The notes below the pieces were generated by a model that was not told where the DNA came from, ran no database searches, and worked only from the letters and a program-made list of their open reading frames with translations. From positions 1,178,001 to 1,242,000 of the forward strand of contig NW_027271346.1 of assembly GCF_040938485.1 (NCBI RefSeq): DNA of 64,000 bases, read 5' to 3'. Shown here piece by piece: positions 11,701-26,719 of the stretch. Positions within the stretch are counted from its first letter, which is position 1. Every line of letters starts with the position of its first letter. This DNA is from Diadema antillarum (taxonomy: Eukaryota). A program made the translations under genes and the position numbers.

Positions 11701-14700
11701 TTTACATTATAAAGATCCCAGTGGATTGCAAAGCAACCTGCTGGTTTTATTATTTTTTTTTTAAATTACGACTGAATACACGCATGCAATTCCTTTTGTT
11801 CTAAATTGCGATTGTTTGGACGTATCATTATTAAAAGCACAAGTTTTATTATAAAGACTATGTTATGAAAACTCCAAACTAACATTAAGATATACGGAAC
11901 CACTGTATTTTTTTCTTAAACGAAATTATTTGAGTCATTCCTCAGTCAGAATATTCCATTCACAGAAATTTTCTGGTATTTCTGCAGAGTGTTTGTTTTA
12001 TTTCTAATATGACCATGAAGGAATAAAAATTTATGAATTTTTCAAGTAATTACCAAAAATTATCCACAGACTGTGAGGTGTTGAAGCTGCCATAGATAGT
12101 GTTCATAATCTTGTTGTGTCCAGTGTGTTTAAGGAAGATGGCAGTATATTCATGCCTTAGTGAAAAGAGGTATGCTCTTCTAAGAGTGAATTGCCATTCA
12201 GGTCGAGCCTCATGGGACATGCCTGCTTTAAAGCCCTCATCAAATGAATTATGAAGTGCATTTTAATTTGATGCAAGAGTTAGTGTCCACGTCATAGGGC
12301 TCAGCACTTTTTGCAGTGTGATGGAAGCGGAAAATAATACAGCATGATGCTGTGATGAGTATAACAGACACTGTCACCCGACTGACCATGTCAAAGGGGA
12401 TTCACACTTGCAGAAGAACTTGTTTGTATTAAATTGTAATTATATCTCTAAAATGAATTTTAAGCATACATGTTTAGAGTTACAGAATATGCATACAGAA
12501 TGAGTCTCCTTGTTGACTGCTGTCTGCAAACAACATTCCATAATCCAAATCAGTCATCAAGGCCAGTGTGTGCTTGAAGTCCAAGTTTTTAGACTATCAC
12601 ATCAGACTAGAGCAAGGAAGAAAAGTAGGGTTTTGTATTTGAATTTGGTTCAATTTTTTTTTCCATATTGAGCATATCCGATGGCTGGTGAGGGCGTAAT
12701 TATTTGCATCTGAGGGTGTCTATGTGAGTAACACCAACGAGTACCTATGGTAGTTGCTCTGCAAACTTGTTTTTCATCCAGTGATAAATGATGACACTTA
12801 AGCCACAGCAGTGGCAAAGAGCCATAGTAACTTTCGTCTTGGTCCCAAGCTGGCTGTCCTCCTCTCCTGAGTCTCTTCTCTGCCTCTTGCTCACTACACT
12901 CTTACAGTTTTCCACTATCATTCCCTACAACCCTTGCTACTTGTCTTACTCCTCATCCTCCATGATATATCTCATCTTCTTTTTCTCTGTCATGAGCCTC
13001 CTTTTTCTCTTTTCTTCAATAATCCTTGTAAGTCTCATTATACTCCTAGATGGAAACCTCTGACAAGTTTCCTGAGAATAAGATGCAATGTGATTGCCAT
13101 GACTACTTTCACCAATCATCAAGGCACAATACTCTAAATTCTGACTTATATTATGGATTAGTCTGTCATGATGATCAGTGATGTTGTATTTATAACATAA
13201 TGATCAGTCATGGCCTTGGTGAAAGGTGACTGAATAGCAACTCCTTCACCAATTTTGCTGACAATACTCCTCTAGAAAGAATGCTCCCCTTAATGCTTGC
13301 TTTTAAAGACACAGCTCTCATCAGTTACTGTGTTAGTGGAGCGCACTGCACTCCCTCTTCTCCTTTGGCTTTGAAGCCTATTCTATAGCATGTCTACCAT
13401 TAGGGCCGCTTTTTGGCAGATGATTCAGCCACATGTCTGTGATGCGATCCATGTCCCTGATATTTCAGTCCCGCCCCCTTGGTCACACTCTGCTTGCATT
13501 CCTTGGCTGCCCTGATATCCAGTCTAAGTCAAGGCGAGAATAGGATCTGTTTGCAGCAGCGACCGCTGTTATGTGTGACGAGCATATGGCTTTCACATCG
13601 CGGTCAGATCTCCCCTGTCAAAGTGTGTCTTTAATCCCGTCGGCAACTCTTTTAATCTCTGGCTGTCCAAGTAGCAAGAAAACGACATTTCGGTGCGAAA
13701 GAAATTAATTTTATATCAGAACTAGTAGTGTGTTCACTTTTGCATTACTGTTATGTGCACCTGGTATTGATGAATAATGATAAATATGTATGTGTAGTAT
13801 CTATAACACACTTGTTCACTCAGGTTGGACTGTCAAAATAAGGGGTATTTTGGATTTATGTGAATTAGTAATCTGAGCAGCATATTAAATTAGATGGGTT
13901 AAAAAAAGCATTGAATTTGCATTTGAATGATATTGACTAAGAAAATTGACATACTGCAGTGCAGGAAAATAGGCAGTGTGTAAATCATATTGTTGTCAAA
14001 GACAATTAAACAGTTGATGGAAAAGGAGTGAATAACTCTTAGTCAATTCGGGTGTAGCAATCACTGCCTTTCATGTGTAACTGAGCAATATGAAAACATA
14101 CCCAGAGCGTTTAATAGATTTTACAATTTGTGTAAAGTGGCTGCTGTCATTATAATTTTTTAAATACTATTTTGCTTTCTCATTGATGGGCTGAAATTCA
14201 TTTTCACAAATTTAAAGTACAACATAGTACCGTACTCTCAAGATTCATATTTGTTCAGCAGTAGTAATTTCACACTCTTTGTCCAGATTTGCTATCAGGT
14301 CTGCCACGATAACTTTGTTAAAGTTGTAAGCATTGTATATTAGCTCTGATTATTTAAAGCATTGTTGCTTTATAACCACCATTCTACATGCAAAGTGCTT
14401 GTGTAAATTCTATGTTTATCCATGGGAGTATATCTGTAGGGATGTTTTGCTACCTGTCAATTTTCTTTTATGTCACATGGCATGTCTTTCGTATTCTGAT
14501 GAGATATATTGTTGTATTTTGTAGTTCTTATATCCTTTTGTCCTGTTGTATTTCTCATACTCCCAAAGGAATTATACTACACGCTATTTGACTTTTATGC
14601 CTTATGACATATCTTCGAAATATAATCTGATGTGATATTTTGTCATATTTCATGGTTCTTATGCTCTTGTTGTAATATTGTATATTTTAAAATGCAAAAG

Positions 14701-15868
14701 AGGTCATAAGAAATAAAATATAAAAGTTGGAAAAAAAGGTTATAAAGATTGAAAATGATCATGAGACATTAATCTGTATTGACTCTTCAGATATGCTGGT
14801 CATAATTTGAACAATACAATATTTCCTTCAATTATTTTCACAAAATCATGTGATGCCTTTCTACATATGAGAGCATCTCTCCTTGCTTCTTGTATGATCC
14901 AGACAGCAATTTCCAGAGGAATACATTAATGTCTTTATAACTTGGGTTTGAATAAATCAAAGAGACATTTCTAGTTTGCACCAGAATCATGAAAGGTTAG
15001 ATTTCATGTGTGGAGCATAGACATGTGACCAGTCTGACTTCAGTTTTCATCAATCAGAATTTGATTCTGATTACCACAGTGCAGATTTGATAAGCAAAGG
15101 ATGACAGATGATAATTTGCATTGTGGTAGATGTAACCCCTCATGCTCACAAGATATTGTCATATTTTGCAGTTGATAGGGGGGGGGATGCTTACAAATTC
15201 TGTACCACGAAAGAAGCAGCATCACCAGATTTGTTTTGTCAAAATAAGTGAGATGCAAACATTTGAAGGATCAGAGAAGAATTCACAGCTGGCATCTTCA
15301 GTTCATAGACAGATTTGTGTAAAATGTCAAGTGAGAGAGGAGGGAGAAAGAAAAAGAAGGATAGACATGCCTCAGTTTTATGAAAAAAAAATAAAACTTT
15401 GTATCATACCTTGGAGACTCTCTGGAATCTACAGAGTGGAGCTTGTTTTGGCATTAAAGCTTAAATCCATAATTTCTATATTTGTGCAAGAAAGAGTTTG
15501 GGATCAGGATAGAATTCCAAGACCAAGAGGCAAGCGGTATATCTGTTTATTTGCCAATCATACAACTAAATACATATTTTTCCCAGGAAGGAATGTGATG
15601 AATGATAATGCAAAATATTTTCCATTCATCCTGAAAATGCTTACATGGTATTTTTGTTTGTTTGTGTTGTGTGCCGTTGTGTATCGCCTCTTCTTTTTTC
15701 TTTTTTTCTTTTTTTTGGGGGGGGGGGGTGGTGGAGTGGCTCTGATATTGTAGCTTCATATTAAATTGTAGCACGTGCATTTTGAGATATAGAGCAATTG
15801 TCCGTATTTGCAAGAGGGTGTCTATTTGCGGCAGGGGCCTTTTCATTATTAAGGCCCGAATAAGAAGA

Positions 15869-15965
15869 GGATAAAATGCATGGAAGTTTTGTCTACATGA
15901 TGCAGTGAATGCCAGTGGCCAGTTCTTATAAAAGTTTTGTGCCATGAATGTTTCTGGCTTTAGAG
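15869..15965. mobile_element. Internal fragment of the D1 MITE
   Basis: ataaaatgca...agttttgtct...gaatgccagtggc matches 39239-39292. Confidence 0.45.
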
Positions 15966-18900
15966 CACTTTTTGAATCAGTGAATAAAGAGTGTTCTTTT
16001 TTTAGTAGACTCTCCTACAAAAATTACTACTACGAGTATTACTATTAGTGTCGGATATGTCAAACTATATCAATGGTGATGAAAATGACAACAAAATTAA
16101 TGATGAAAATTCTTTTATCTCCTCAACGACCCTGTTGGGGCATGGAAGAATGAAAACAAAATTACCGATTTTGTATTCAACTCTTACAATACTAGTAATA
16201 CATGTACTAGTACTTGTAATTTTTCCATGGTTAGCAATTTGTGAAAGAAGCCATCGGCTCTCATTCACAAAAGTTTCGTGCTGCAAATGTTTCTGGTTTT
16301 GCTGTGTAATATTCCATCAAGGAAAAAAGTTCTGTGGAATTTCTCTGTGCCTTTCCCCATCCAGCAAAATTAGGCACTTTACATAAAGGTACAGTTTACT
16401 AGATTTTGCAGAAATGAATGAATAATAAAGTGTGTTGTGTATTCTCAAATGAGAGTCACTGCAACTATACCTCCTGTGAACATATATGTAGTTCAAAAAA
16501 TGGTTTCATGATGACTGCATAAATATTGTGGTCTCAGCATTTTAGATTTGACTAAAGATTACAAAATAAGGTCTCAAAAAACTCAACAAGATAAGACAGA
16601 GTTCCAGCATAGTAAGTGTCTGCTGTTTATGTACATATATCAGTCTCTTTTTTTTTCTGTGGTATGAATTGGTATCTTGACAGTTGATTTATTTTTGAAA
16701 GAACTGGATCAAATTTCTCAGCCATAGTTATAAATGTTTAATGAGAGTGGTTGATTTATGCTGGTATCACATGACAGATTCAGCCCTGAAAGGTTTAACC
16801 CAGCCTCTCTGCCATCAGGGTTCTCTTTCCCTTTATAGTCTATATTCTTCCTTCAGAAGCTCTCTATACCCACTCCCTCTTTCTCTTTATAGTTTAGGTG
16901 TGTCATTTGCAGTTTTACATGCAATTGTCTGTAAGCTTTTTCTTCCCCATGTGCTCTCTCCCTCTTTTTCTCTCTCTCTCACATGTATGTTATATAGGTA
17001 GTATTCGTATTGTTCTTTTATCTTTTCGTGTTTTTACGTCTCCTTTTCTTACCTTTTGCCTTTTCTGTCAATACCTCTTTGTCATAAGATAGAAGAAGAT
17101 AAAGCAAACTTTTTTACCATGAAAAACTACATCATGTGCACTACATCCTTGTACAAAGAGAAGCATGGCAAATACATTGATTGTCCACATCAGTACACCT
17201 TTATACAGATAAAACCGTTACAAATTTTCATATTATTTTCTGCACAAGTCACCTTCACTTTTTGTGCCAGCACTCATAAGCATGCACATAGACTGCATTA
17301 CATCACACCCAAATGCAATGTTATGAACAAGGATCCTTAAAACACAAAAATAGTCATGGTAAGGTGTATTCACTTCATGTTGTCATGTCATGCACGCTTT
17401 TCAAGAATCAAGGAATGTAAGGTAGCCATGAAATCATGTTACTAATAATGTAATAGCAATATTTAATTAGCATTAGCATTTGCAACACACTCAAAATTTA
17501 TGTTTTACCTATTTTTGGTTTTGGTGAGTTTAATTTCCTTTGCATCACATATTATTAACTTATTTGATTTTTGATTTTACTTTTTTATTTGATATGGCTA
17601 TTTTCATCAAATATCGAATAACAACTGATTTGCCATATTGGTTTTATTTTCATTCATTTACTCTAGTTTGCAAATATGATTTGTTCTTAATGTTTAGTTT
17701 TGTTTGTTTCTCATTATGATCGCATAACATTATTTTCTCCAAAATTATTTGTTCCTTTAATCATCATTTTGCACCATATTTCACATCCTTTCTCTCACAT
17801 TTCAGCTTTTGGCGTGGGTACCACAACAGCAGGCAACAGTACACTTGAAGGTAACATGTGCAATTGTGAATGCAGTGATATATGTCAGAGCTCTCATATC
17901 AGCCTAGCCTAAGTTCCAGGTACTGTACTACATTATTTAGAAGAGTGAATTTCATTCCCTCAAATAATCTTACCTCATTCAAGAGACTCAATAAGAGACT
18001 ATTAACATTATAAAGTGCTTGGAAACAGATTATATTTCACTTTCTGACTGTTAGTCTTGAGGTAATTTTTATACAGACCCTTGCTAAGTTTTGAGATAGC
18101 TTCCCAAAACATGACAATTGCTTTGAATATCACATCTCAAGGGGTTAGAGGCCCTTAGTTCTGAAATAGTTACCAGCCGGTACATCTTTTCTACAAGACA
18201 ATTATTCATTGTGGCCTGTATTTTACAGTTAAACTGTTCTGAATTGTCTTGTTATGCTAAACGGGATTATGTTGTGAAGACAAAAATACATTGAAGCAAT
18301 AGCCTGGAACCTAGACTAGGAGTGACCTCAAAATATGTGACTCTGAAAAAAAAAATAATAATAATGCATTTAGCACCATCCAGCATGTATAATTGCATGT
18401 ATTACATATCACGTTTGTCTCTCTTGTGATACTTGGTATGTTTATTTTTGTTTGTTTTTTTCAGTGTTGCTGAGTATAAGAGGAATTCGTTACATTTGAG
18501 TTTGTATTATCTCATCACAGACAGTACTGATTACAGTGTAACTATGTCAGTGTCTACCATTTTGTGTGTGCTTTTTATTTGTGATAAAAAAAATCTGAAA
18601 TCCATATTCAAAGGTTTCACCCATAAACACTAATTCAGATTTATTCAGCTCATTAAAGAGATTATGCTTTTGATCATTTTCCTGCCAGAGCTTTCAAATT
18701 TTTGACAAAGGCACTGCTTGTGATATATTCTGGATTTTCCTGTGGTTCAAGCTGACTTCTTGTGTGATTCACATTTTGGATCAGCAACTTGTTGGTAGAC
18801 ATATATTGCAATCAGAAGTAGATATTAACGAACATAATGTGTCTTATGACTATTAGGGAAAACTTAGCAAATTATCATTGATCTTGAAAGCATGAGCATG

Positions 18901-20339
18901 ATATTAGGATTAAAAACTTTGTCTGTTGTTCTTGTGTTCTGTTCATGTATTGTACTGGACATGAATGTGCATAATATGTATAGAAATTATATGTTTGTGG
19001 TCCTACCTGCTGCTGGTAATCTGACTTTCTACATGTCTTTGTTTTTACCTATATAATGTGTATTGCATAGCTATTTCACTGTGCTTCATAATATATGTGC
19101 GCGTTTAAATGTCTACATGCAAAGATGTATGTACAGGTACTTGTGTCATTGCTGCAGATATGACCATGCTCTCTTGTTCTCCCTCTCTCTCCTCCCTCTT
19201 ACTCTCACTTTCTCTCTCCATTTTTCTTTCTATCAGTCTATCCCTCTTCCTGTTCAATGAGTTTAGCCATAAGCAGGCTGTATGCAGCTAAGAGCTGATA
19301 AATAGACAACTACACCACACATTATGCACAAACTTGAATATTCACAGTGACCTCAGGACATCAGGATGTGTTCAGTGCAGTCTCAAGAGTTTCAAGGGTT
19401 GTATTTCCTTCTCTTCAACCAAGTGATATTACCCAGGGCATACAGGCATTTCTCATTCTCGATCTCTCTTCCGTCCTTCTCCGGTCATTTTCTTTTTATT
19501 CTCTTTAGCCTTATCATCGTCCCTTCACTTTGGCATTCTCTGCTCTTCATCTTAAATTAATTTTCAGAATAGTCATTTACTAAATCCTTTACATACATGT
19601 AGGTATGTTCTTGCCTTTACACATTTCTTCTCTTTGTTTTCCTGATTTGAATATATCTCCATTGCCGTGGGAGTTTTTTTCAATGTTTATTTAGTCAGTG
19701 TTCTGCTTAAAGTTCACTATTGATGTCTTTGAAGCGTGTCCTTCGGTCAGACGAAAATCTGTAATTGATGTCTAGCGATGCTTTTAAATCTCTCAACAAA
19801 TTTGTTTTCAGGACTGGATAATGCAATGCAATAACTTTAGAGAAATGAAAGTTTCAGAAACAAATCCTTGGCTGCAAACACGGGAACACATGGAGTAATT
19901 GGTTCTCTAGCACTTGCTAAAGTGAATAAAGTTGTAGCCCCATTAATCTTAGCAAAGCTTATTAGTTTCCCAATGTTTCCTGGTGAGGTTATTGCAGAGT
20001 GGAACATCTGGAAATTGGAGACTAATAAGGAGAGTTATATTGTTGAAAGAGATTGATCTATTAAACTCTGCTTCTCACAGCTTTTATCTAATTGAATTTA
20101 GGAGGTAATGATGGCGGGGTCAAGAGGAGAGTATGTGTCTGAGTCGCTAATGGAAGTTTCTGTTGCGTTGTTTTTCCAGGGTAGTATATTAATTGTCCAC
20201 TCTGTAGCTTCAAACAATTTTGATATTGATAACAAGCATGTTATTGTCTACACAAATTAACCACACATTTATCAAATGTCATTAGCACTGTTTCTTTTTT
20301 ACAGAAAATTTACATATTTATACAAACATTAATACAAAC

Positions 20340-20600
20340 TATTAATATATTATAATTTTAATCACCACATACCATCAATCCCCAGACATTTTTTATTGAT
20401 GTTGATTTCAAATGTCCTAGATATATGTATCAATTAGATTCTTGGGTTTTATTTTAATATATATTCCAAGAAAATTTCAGCTACTATATCAATCCAAATA
20501 GGTAACCTTTTGCTAAACTTTGTATCTATGAGTAAATCCATGCAGAGGTCAGTATAGATGCTCACATTGCTGTCAGACCATGTGTAGTCATTAGTACACT
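20340..20600 (+). mobile_element. Possible very old LINE APE-endonuclease relic
   Basis: Broken frames give IDVDFKCP (cf. GDFN), GNLLLNFVS and LLSDHV (cf. SDH) in the expected order. Stops and frameshifts are present. Confidence 0.25.
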
Positions 20601-23600
20601 TGATCAGGTCTGAGTAACATCATTATCAGTGTCAAGACTGCAGTCCAGTTTATTTACCCCTACCTTGACATGTGAAGACATTGACAGATGACCCAAGTCC
20701 TCGTTTCAAGGGATCGTTTGTTTGAATATTTGCCTTGTGATTGTTTTCTGTCTGTGATTGTAGGCTCTAATGATGCACAAGTCTGTCTCTGTGGTATGCA
20801 TTCATAATTATCAATTTTTATGAATGCCATTAAGGGTCATCTTTGTTTTGCTCATGTGTTTTCTTTTAGGGTTTATATGACTGGTTTAACATCATGTGAT
20901 CTGATTGGCTGATAGTCAAATGTTAAATGAGAGATTCTAATTCTAATAGTTCTTTGTGTGCATCTTCGTCACAACCCCTGTTTTGATTTATTGCCAGTTT
21001 TATTGCAGTGAGGCGCAAAAATCATTATGAAGTCAGGCATACACACATGCAAGGGCATTAGTGTTTGATGCATTAGTAATATCTGTCAGTTAAAATGTTA
21101 GGTATGGTCTTGTCATCGCAAGACAAGGAAGAGAACCAAAGGCTTTCATTAACATATCAAAACCTTAGTGTAGACAAGATTATTCATTCTTTTTTTATTG
21201 TTATTTCAACATTTTTTGACAATTATTCAAGTCTGTTTTTTCTTGATTAAAGGGAATATCTGGCTGTAAAGAGAAACAAGTAAAGAGGTAGAAATGTGTA
21301 GGCCTATATGTGGCTATCAATTGCGATGAGTTTGTATTATGTTCATCAATATATATGGCTAGAAGAAGATCTAAAACCTCTTCTAGTTCTAAAATGCTTT
21401 AAACAAAAAGGGCAATAGGAGTGATGGATGGGAGACAAGGTGAAATGCGAAGGACCTAAAGAGGAATTTAGTGGCTTCCATATGGGATTTGACTTTCTGA
21501 GGGTTGGCTAGCCATCACATTGCCATTCAGTTTCATTGCATACATTTGTCATGCAATGTGCAATTGTAGACTGTAATCAGGATGAATTGTGGGCAGATAG
21601 CATCAGCAAGTTTTCTCTAGTTGGCAGAAAATCACTTAATGCATCTTTGCACCAAAGCGTGGCATGGTTTGTGTGGTATGCAATGCTAGATTGTATGTGT
21701 AATGTGGTTGATGCCCTGTCGTCTTTCATATAGGGTCTTTGACCAGTTTTGCATCTTGCTTTTACATTTTGATACTTTGCATTTTGTAAGCAGATTTTGT
21801 TCCCATGCATGTGTGGTATATTTATGTGTGTTCTCACTCTTTTTTTTTTATTATGTGGTTGAGTATGGAGGGGGCTATTTGTGTGTGCAGGTGTTGTTTT
21901 TTTTTCCAGCTTTGTAAATATTACAAGTTCCTATAATTTACCTTTTGTGTATGACTTGATCAGTCTTAAGTCAGTTTTTGGCTTTTCCAAAAATGGTAAG
22001 GAATTGAAATGGTGTTAATTATTGAAAACTAATGATTTATTTTCAAGGTGGTTAAATTTTCAATGACCTTCTCTTTAGGTGTCTTATGCTGTGTGTCTGT
22101 GTTACTTGTAAATTTTCCACGTAGGTAGTCTATGTACAGTGGTGTTTGTGTGCATATGACTGAGTTTATATGTGTGCATGTACTATATGCAAGTTGTGAA
22201 AGAGTGTCGTATTTGCAAATTGTATTCATCACATCCCAGAAATTGTGGTGTGATATTCTCTCATGTCTGTCAAAGGAGAGTTTCACTTTCCATCATCTTC
22301 TTTTTGTGCGAACCTTTTAGTTTGGTTTGAAGGTGACCCGAGTGTGTCCTTAGAAACATAATAGGAAATGTAAGAGGATCCTTCTGCACCATGGCATGTC
22401 TCATAGTAAAACTTATCTGTGAAGAGTTTTAGTTTTACAGAGGAACTCAGTTGTACTCAATTTCGAGGAGTGTGTTTTTAGATACGTTTAGAGTGAAGTG
22501 AACATTCAGAAACTTGAATGAGTCTCCCAATCTGAGTGCTTTCTGCAAATGACATCCCATGAAACAGATATGTCATGAACTTTGCGACCTGTCAATCAAA
22601 TCTATAACTCCTGAGTCCTGACACGTTGACATGCAAGACTATGTGTACACACCCTGCAGGAAGTGAACAGAAGGTCAAGCTTAGATCCACCCCCTTTCAA
22701 TAGCATTTTAGACTTTCAATGCACACCCAAATGTCAAGTAAAACTCAACTGGAAAAATCCTGGACTACTTTTGGCCAATCATGATCAGAGAAAGGTGTGT
22801 GGGACAAATGCGATTCACGTGTGCTCTACAGAATGTCAAAATAACTTAAGCGCCATATAACAAATGTTTGTAAACAGTGCACAAGTACAAACAAGTTCTT
22901 TTATAAGTGTAAACCCCTCAATGTTGGTAACAAATGTGGGGGGGGGGGGGGCTGTTAGTTGGAATCCTGCCCAAGGAATTTTCCCTTGTTCCCCTTAATG
23001 TGAAGGCTGCCAAGTTACCTGATGATAGAGTGGGACTGCCAGAAGGCAAAATGTGCAGCTGTACATCCTGTCTTCATATTCACAGTGACATGAAAGAGTC
23101 ATCCCATTTCTGAGCTTGTGCTGAAAATGCACAGTATTTAAGATGTCTTCATGTTTTTGCAATTGACAATCAATCTTCAAATATCTAAAATATTTGGTGA
23201 ACCTCCTATTAAATTTCCTATAGACCTATGTTTTCTTGTTAAGATAAAGTGTTATGACATTTTCTTCTGACATTTTCTTCTATTCCTGTCAGTATATGAC
23301 ATAATGGAAACCCATAATGGAAACCATACTCTGACTGAGTCCCCATGAAATCAAACTTTAAAGGAATGTCATCATGTATTTTCAGCGAAACCAGCTTTTA
23401 TGTAGCTTTATTTCGTTGTTTACAATTCAAAAATTGATACACGCACACAACAGTTGACAATGGTCAGTAAGTTGATTTCATGATGAAACTTGTAAATTTT
23501 AAGGAGAATTTGAGTTTTTTAATTTCAAGTAGGACAGGATCACTAAGGAAACTCCCCAAAACACACATTTCTTTTTTCTTTTCTTTTCTTTTTTTTTTTG

Positions 23601-26600
23601 GGGGGGGGGGGGGAAGGGGTAATTCATAACCACATGGTGATGTGTAATTCAGAGGCACAGGGTGTTTTTGTGAAACCACTGAGAACCTTCTCATCTTTTT
23701 CAAGGTGATATGGAAGAAGACACCTTGTTGCTGATGAGAGAATATTTAAGACTATAGAAGAAAAAAGAGTACTAAATGACTTTAATTTCTCCTGAACAAC
23801 TATCACCTTCAAAAGCAAATACCCTATACATATGTGATCAAATACTCTTTGTACATTAGAAATACATATGCAATTCCTGCATACCAGCAACATTTGCTCT
23901 TTTTTTTAATGAACTAAAATACTCAAGAGGAACTTCTGACATAATTTATCATTGGTCATTATTATGATTGACTTGTTCATAATTTTATTTTGGCAAATTT
24001 TCAACCAATCAGCTTTCGGAAAATGACATGTCAACATATGTGAATGCCTCATCCAGTCTGAGGATCCATTGACGAAAAGGAGAAAAAAAAAAGCTAAATG
24101 TCAAAATTTCTTCTCTGAATCCAACACTGTGCCATCATCTTGTCTTATGAATGTTACAGATATAATTAATGGATAATTCTGCCTGTCTGCCTAATTGAAT
24201 CCTAAAGACTGGCTTGTTTCAACTGTCTTGATCAGTAGAGTCCTTGACCTGGTGGATTTCTTTCGATTGATTTCATTTTTCTTGTTGGTTTTTACGTGTA
24301 ACAAAGTCAAGGAAGAGCACACACTGAAATTTTATGTAACATCCCAGTCAGATCATGATCAGGTCTGTTATTTTCAAATAGATTTGCATGGCAAACAATT
24401 TCTAAGATATTGTACAGTATATACTGAGGTTTGTTTTAACATATGTCTGCCATCAGCCTCATTTAAACAGAAGTGATGTGGGTTGAGCTTTACAAAGGAT
24501 AGTCTCATGCCTTATACCATATATATAGCCTTGACAGGAAAAGTAGTAGAGAAACAAATTAGAACAGTGCAAAGTAGCATAAATGGATGAACTCTCCTGT
24601 AAGTAATGTTCACAGCATTTCATTTGTTACATTGAATATCACTCCCAATCTCCCATGGGCAAGTTTGTTTGTTTGTTTGTTTGTTTGCTCATTTTATCTT
24701 ACAGATGAGACATTGCCTTTTTCTCTTAAATACAGTTGTAGCAAACTGTCTTGGAACTTTATCTTAACTTTGCTGAAAGTAATTCTTGTGTGAATGTACA
24801 TCTCTGCATGAAATTTTAGTGGAAAGGGAGAGGCTTTTAAGTGAAAGTGATTCCCTGAGGTGCACGCTTGCTGTAAGGGATGCCATTAAATCATGGCTGA
24901 AGAGCACAGTTGCTGAAGACACTGCAAACTTTATATCACCTTCAGGCTTTACTCATCCAGTGCCTCACCTGGAGAAGCGTGAGGTGTTGCGGTGAGAGAA
25001 CCTTTCACGTTGACGTGGGTGAGCAGTAATTGATGCTGACAGGAATAGGGGCTCATTGCGCATTTGGTAGATACCCCCGAGATCCGTGTCTTGATCCGTG
25101 GGAGGACGTGAAATGTTGATACTTCTCACATAACTGCTCAGGATACAGTTTCTCCTATAGATACAATGGAAAAGCAGATCATTCTGAACTTGTAATGTGC
25201 TCAGATAGTTGCAAGGCTTGTGCCAATTTACTTTTCTTAGTTTGTATTGTATAATATCACTAAGATTCAGGGAACCTTTGCCAGAGTGACAGACAGGTGC
25301 ATATGCTACACAAAGTTGTCTTTTATGTATAGTGTAATCTGCATTCCATATCAGCAATTTAGTGTTTCTTTCTCTTTTTTTTCTAGTGTACATAAGTGTT
25401 ACTTGGGTAGGATTAAATGTGAAAGCACTCAAGGCCTAACTCAATTGTACTGGAGTTTTTACTCACCTATTATAGTGATCATTAGAGTGATAAGATGCTT
25501 TCGAAAGCACACAGAATACCAAACCACTGTTGCTGGGCATAATGCAATTTGTCTATGATACCTGTGTATGGTAGATTTCATGCTACTTGGTTGTTATTTA
25601 ATGTCTTGTGTTTTGTGTTATGTTTTGTTTGTTTTTTCTCTCTCTCTTTTATCTAGCTGTATTGCTTGTTGAGAAATACCTGTCATGTTTAAGCATGTGT
25701 GCGGCGAAGTGATCTCCAATGATAGGCACTGGAGCATGCGCATTAGGCTGTCCCACAGTGTCACATCATTGTAATATGGCATGACAGCAGTATTGCACAA
25801 GGTACCTTGAAACTTGAGTCACGGAGACAAAAGGTCTTATCTTCAAGTGATGGGGGGGGGGGGAGATGAAGAGAGTAAGTCAGTTGAGGAAGTTAGATAA
25901 AGGCTCATTCACACTGGCTGAAAAGTTTTGACATTAAAAAAAAAACTGCCACATTACAGTAAAAATTTCTTGCTAAACATAGCCCAAATCATTGCCAGGA
26001 AAGTACCTTCTGAAGTGCAATTTTGCTAACTTCTGTAACTGAATTTTGCCAGAAAAAAATTGTGCATAAGATTTAGCAATGTGGACCCTCGCCTTAGAAA
26101 ACTTTTGAGTTTTGTCACAAGCAAATTGTGCACCTAGGCTAGTGATAAACATTATAGCAATATAGTTGCATTGGGCAGACCCTGAGGTACTCACATAGGT
26201 ATTCACACTGCTGTGGCAAAAACTTGTCAGTGTCATTTTTCTTAAGTGCCACTACACTATGAGGTTTGGTCGCACTATGATTTAAGGGTCGAATATTACA
26301 AAATTTGATGTCACAAATTTTCCTATTAGAATTGGCATATAGATAGAGACATTGAAAAAGATATTAGAAAGAGATAAAACTAGCTATCTAGCTAGCTAGA
26401 TACATAGATAGAAACACAGAGAGAGGGGAGGGGGAGGGAGGGAGGAAGGGGAAGAAGATGGAAGGGGGGATGAAAATTAGAGAAGAAAGGGTGAACATAG
26501 TGCAATGTTCGAAGGAGGTGAGTAAGCCACAATGTAATCTACAGCTTGCATCTGTGTTCAATATTCATCCTTGGCAGAGTCACCTGTCAGAGAAAGCTTT

Positions 26601-26689
26601 TTGAAATATCTTGAAATGTAACCTGGCTGGTTGTCTGTCAGTTCTGGAGCAGCTTTGTTACTAGGATGTATGTTGGTGTGTGTATACCA

Positions 26690-26719
26690 TGTGTGTGGTG
26701 TGTGTGTGTGTGTGTGTGT
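26690..26719. repeat. (GT)n microsatellite
   Basis: Direct inspection. Confidence 0.9.

Noticed and set aside
15142-15753. 203-aa ORF
   Set aside because: No recognisable domain. It runs through homopolymers and has intronic composition.
19700-20220. Coding-like stretch including ORF 19868-20056, possibly a LINE ORF1/esterase relic
   Set aside because: No convincing motif in any frame, and its orientation conflicts with the adjacent APE-like relic.
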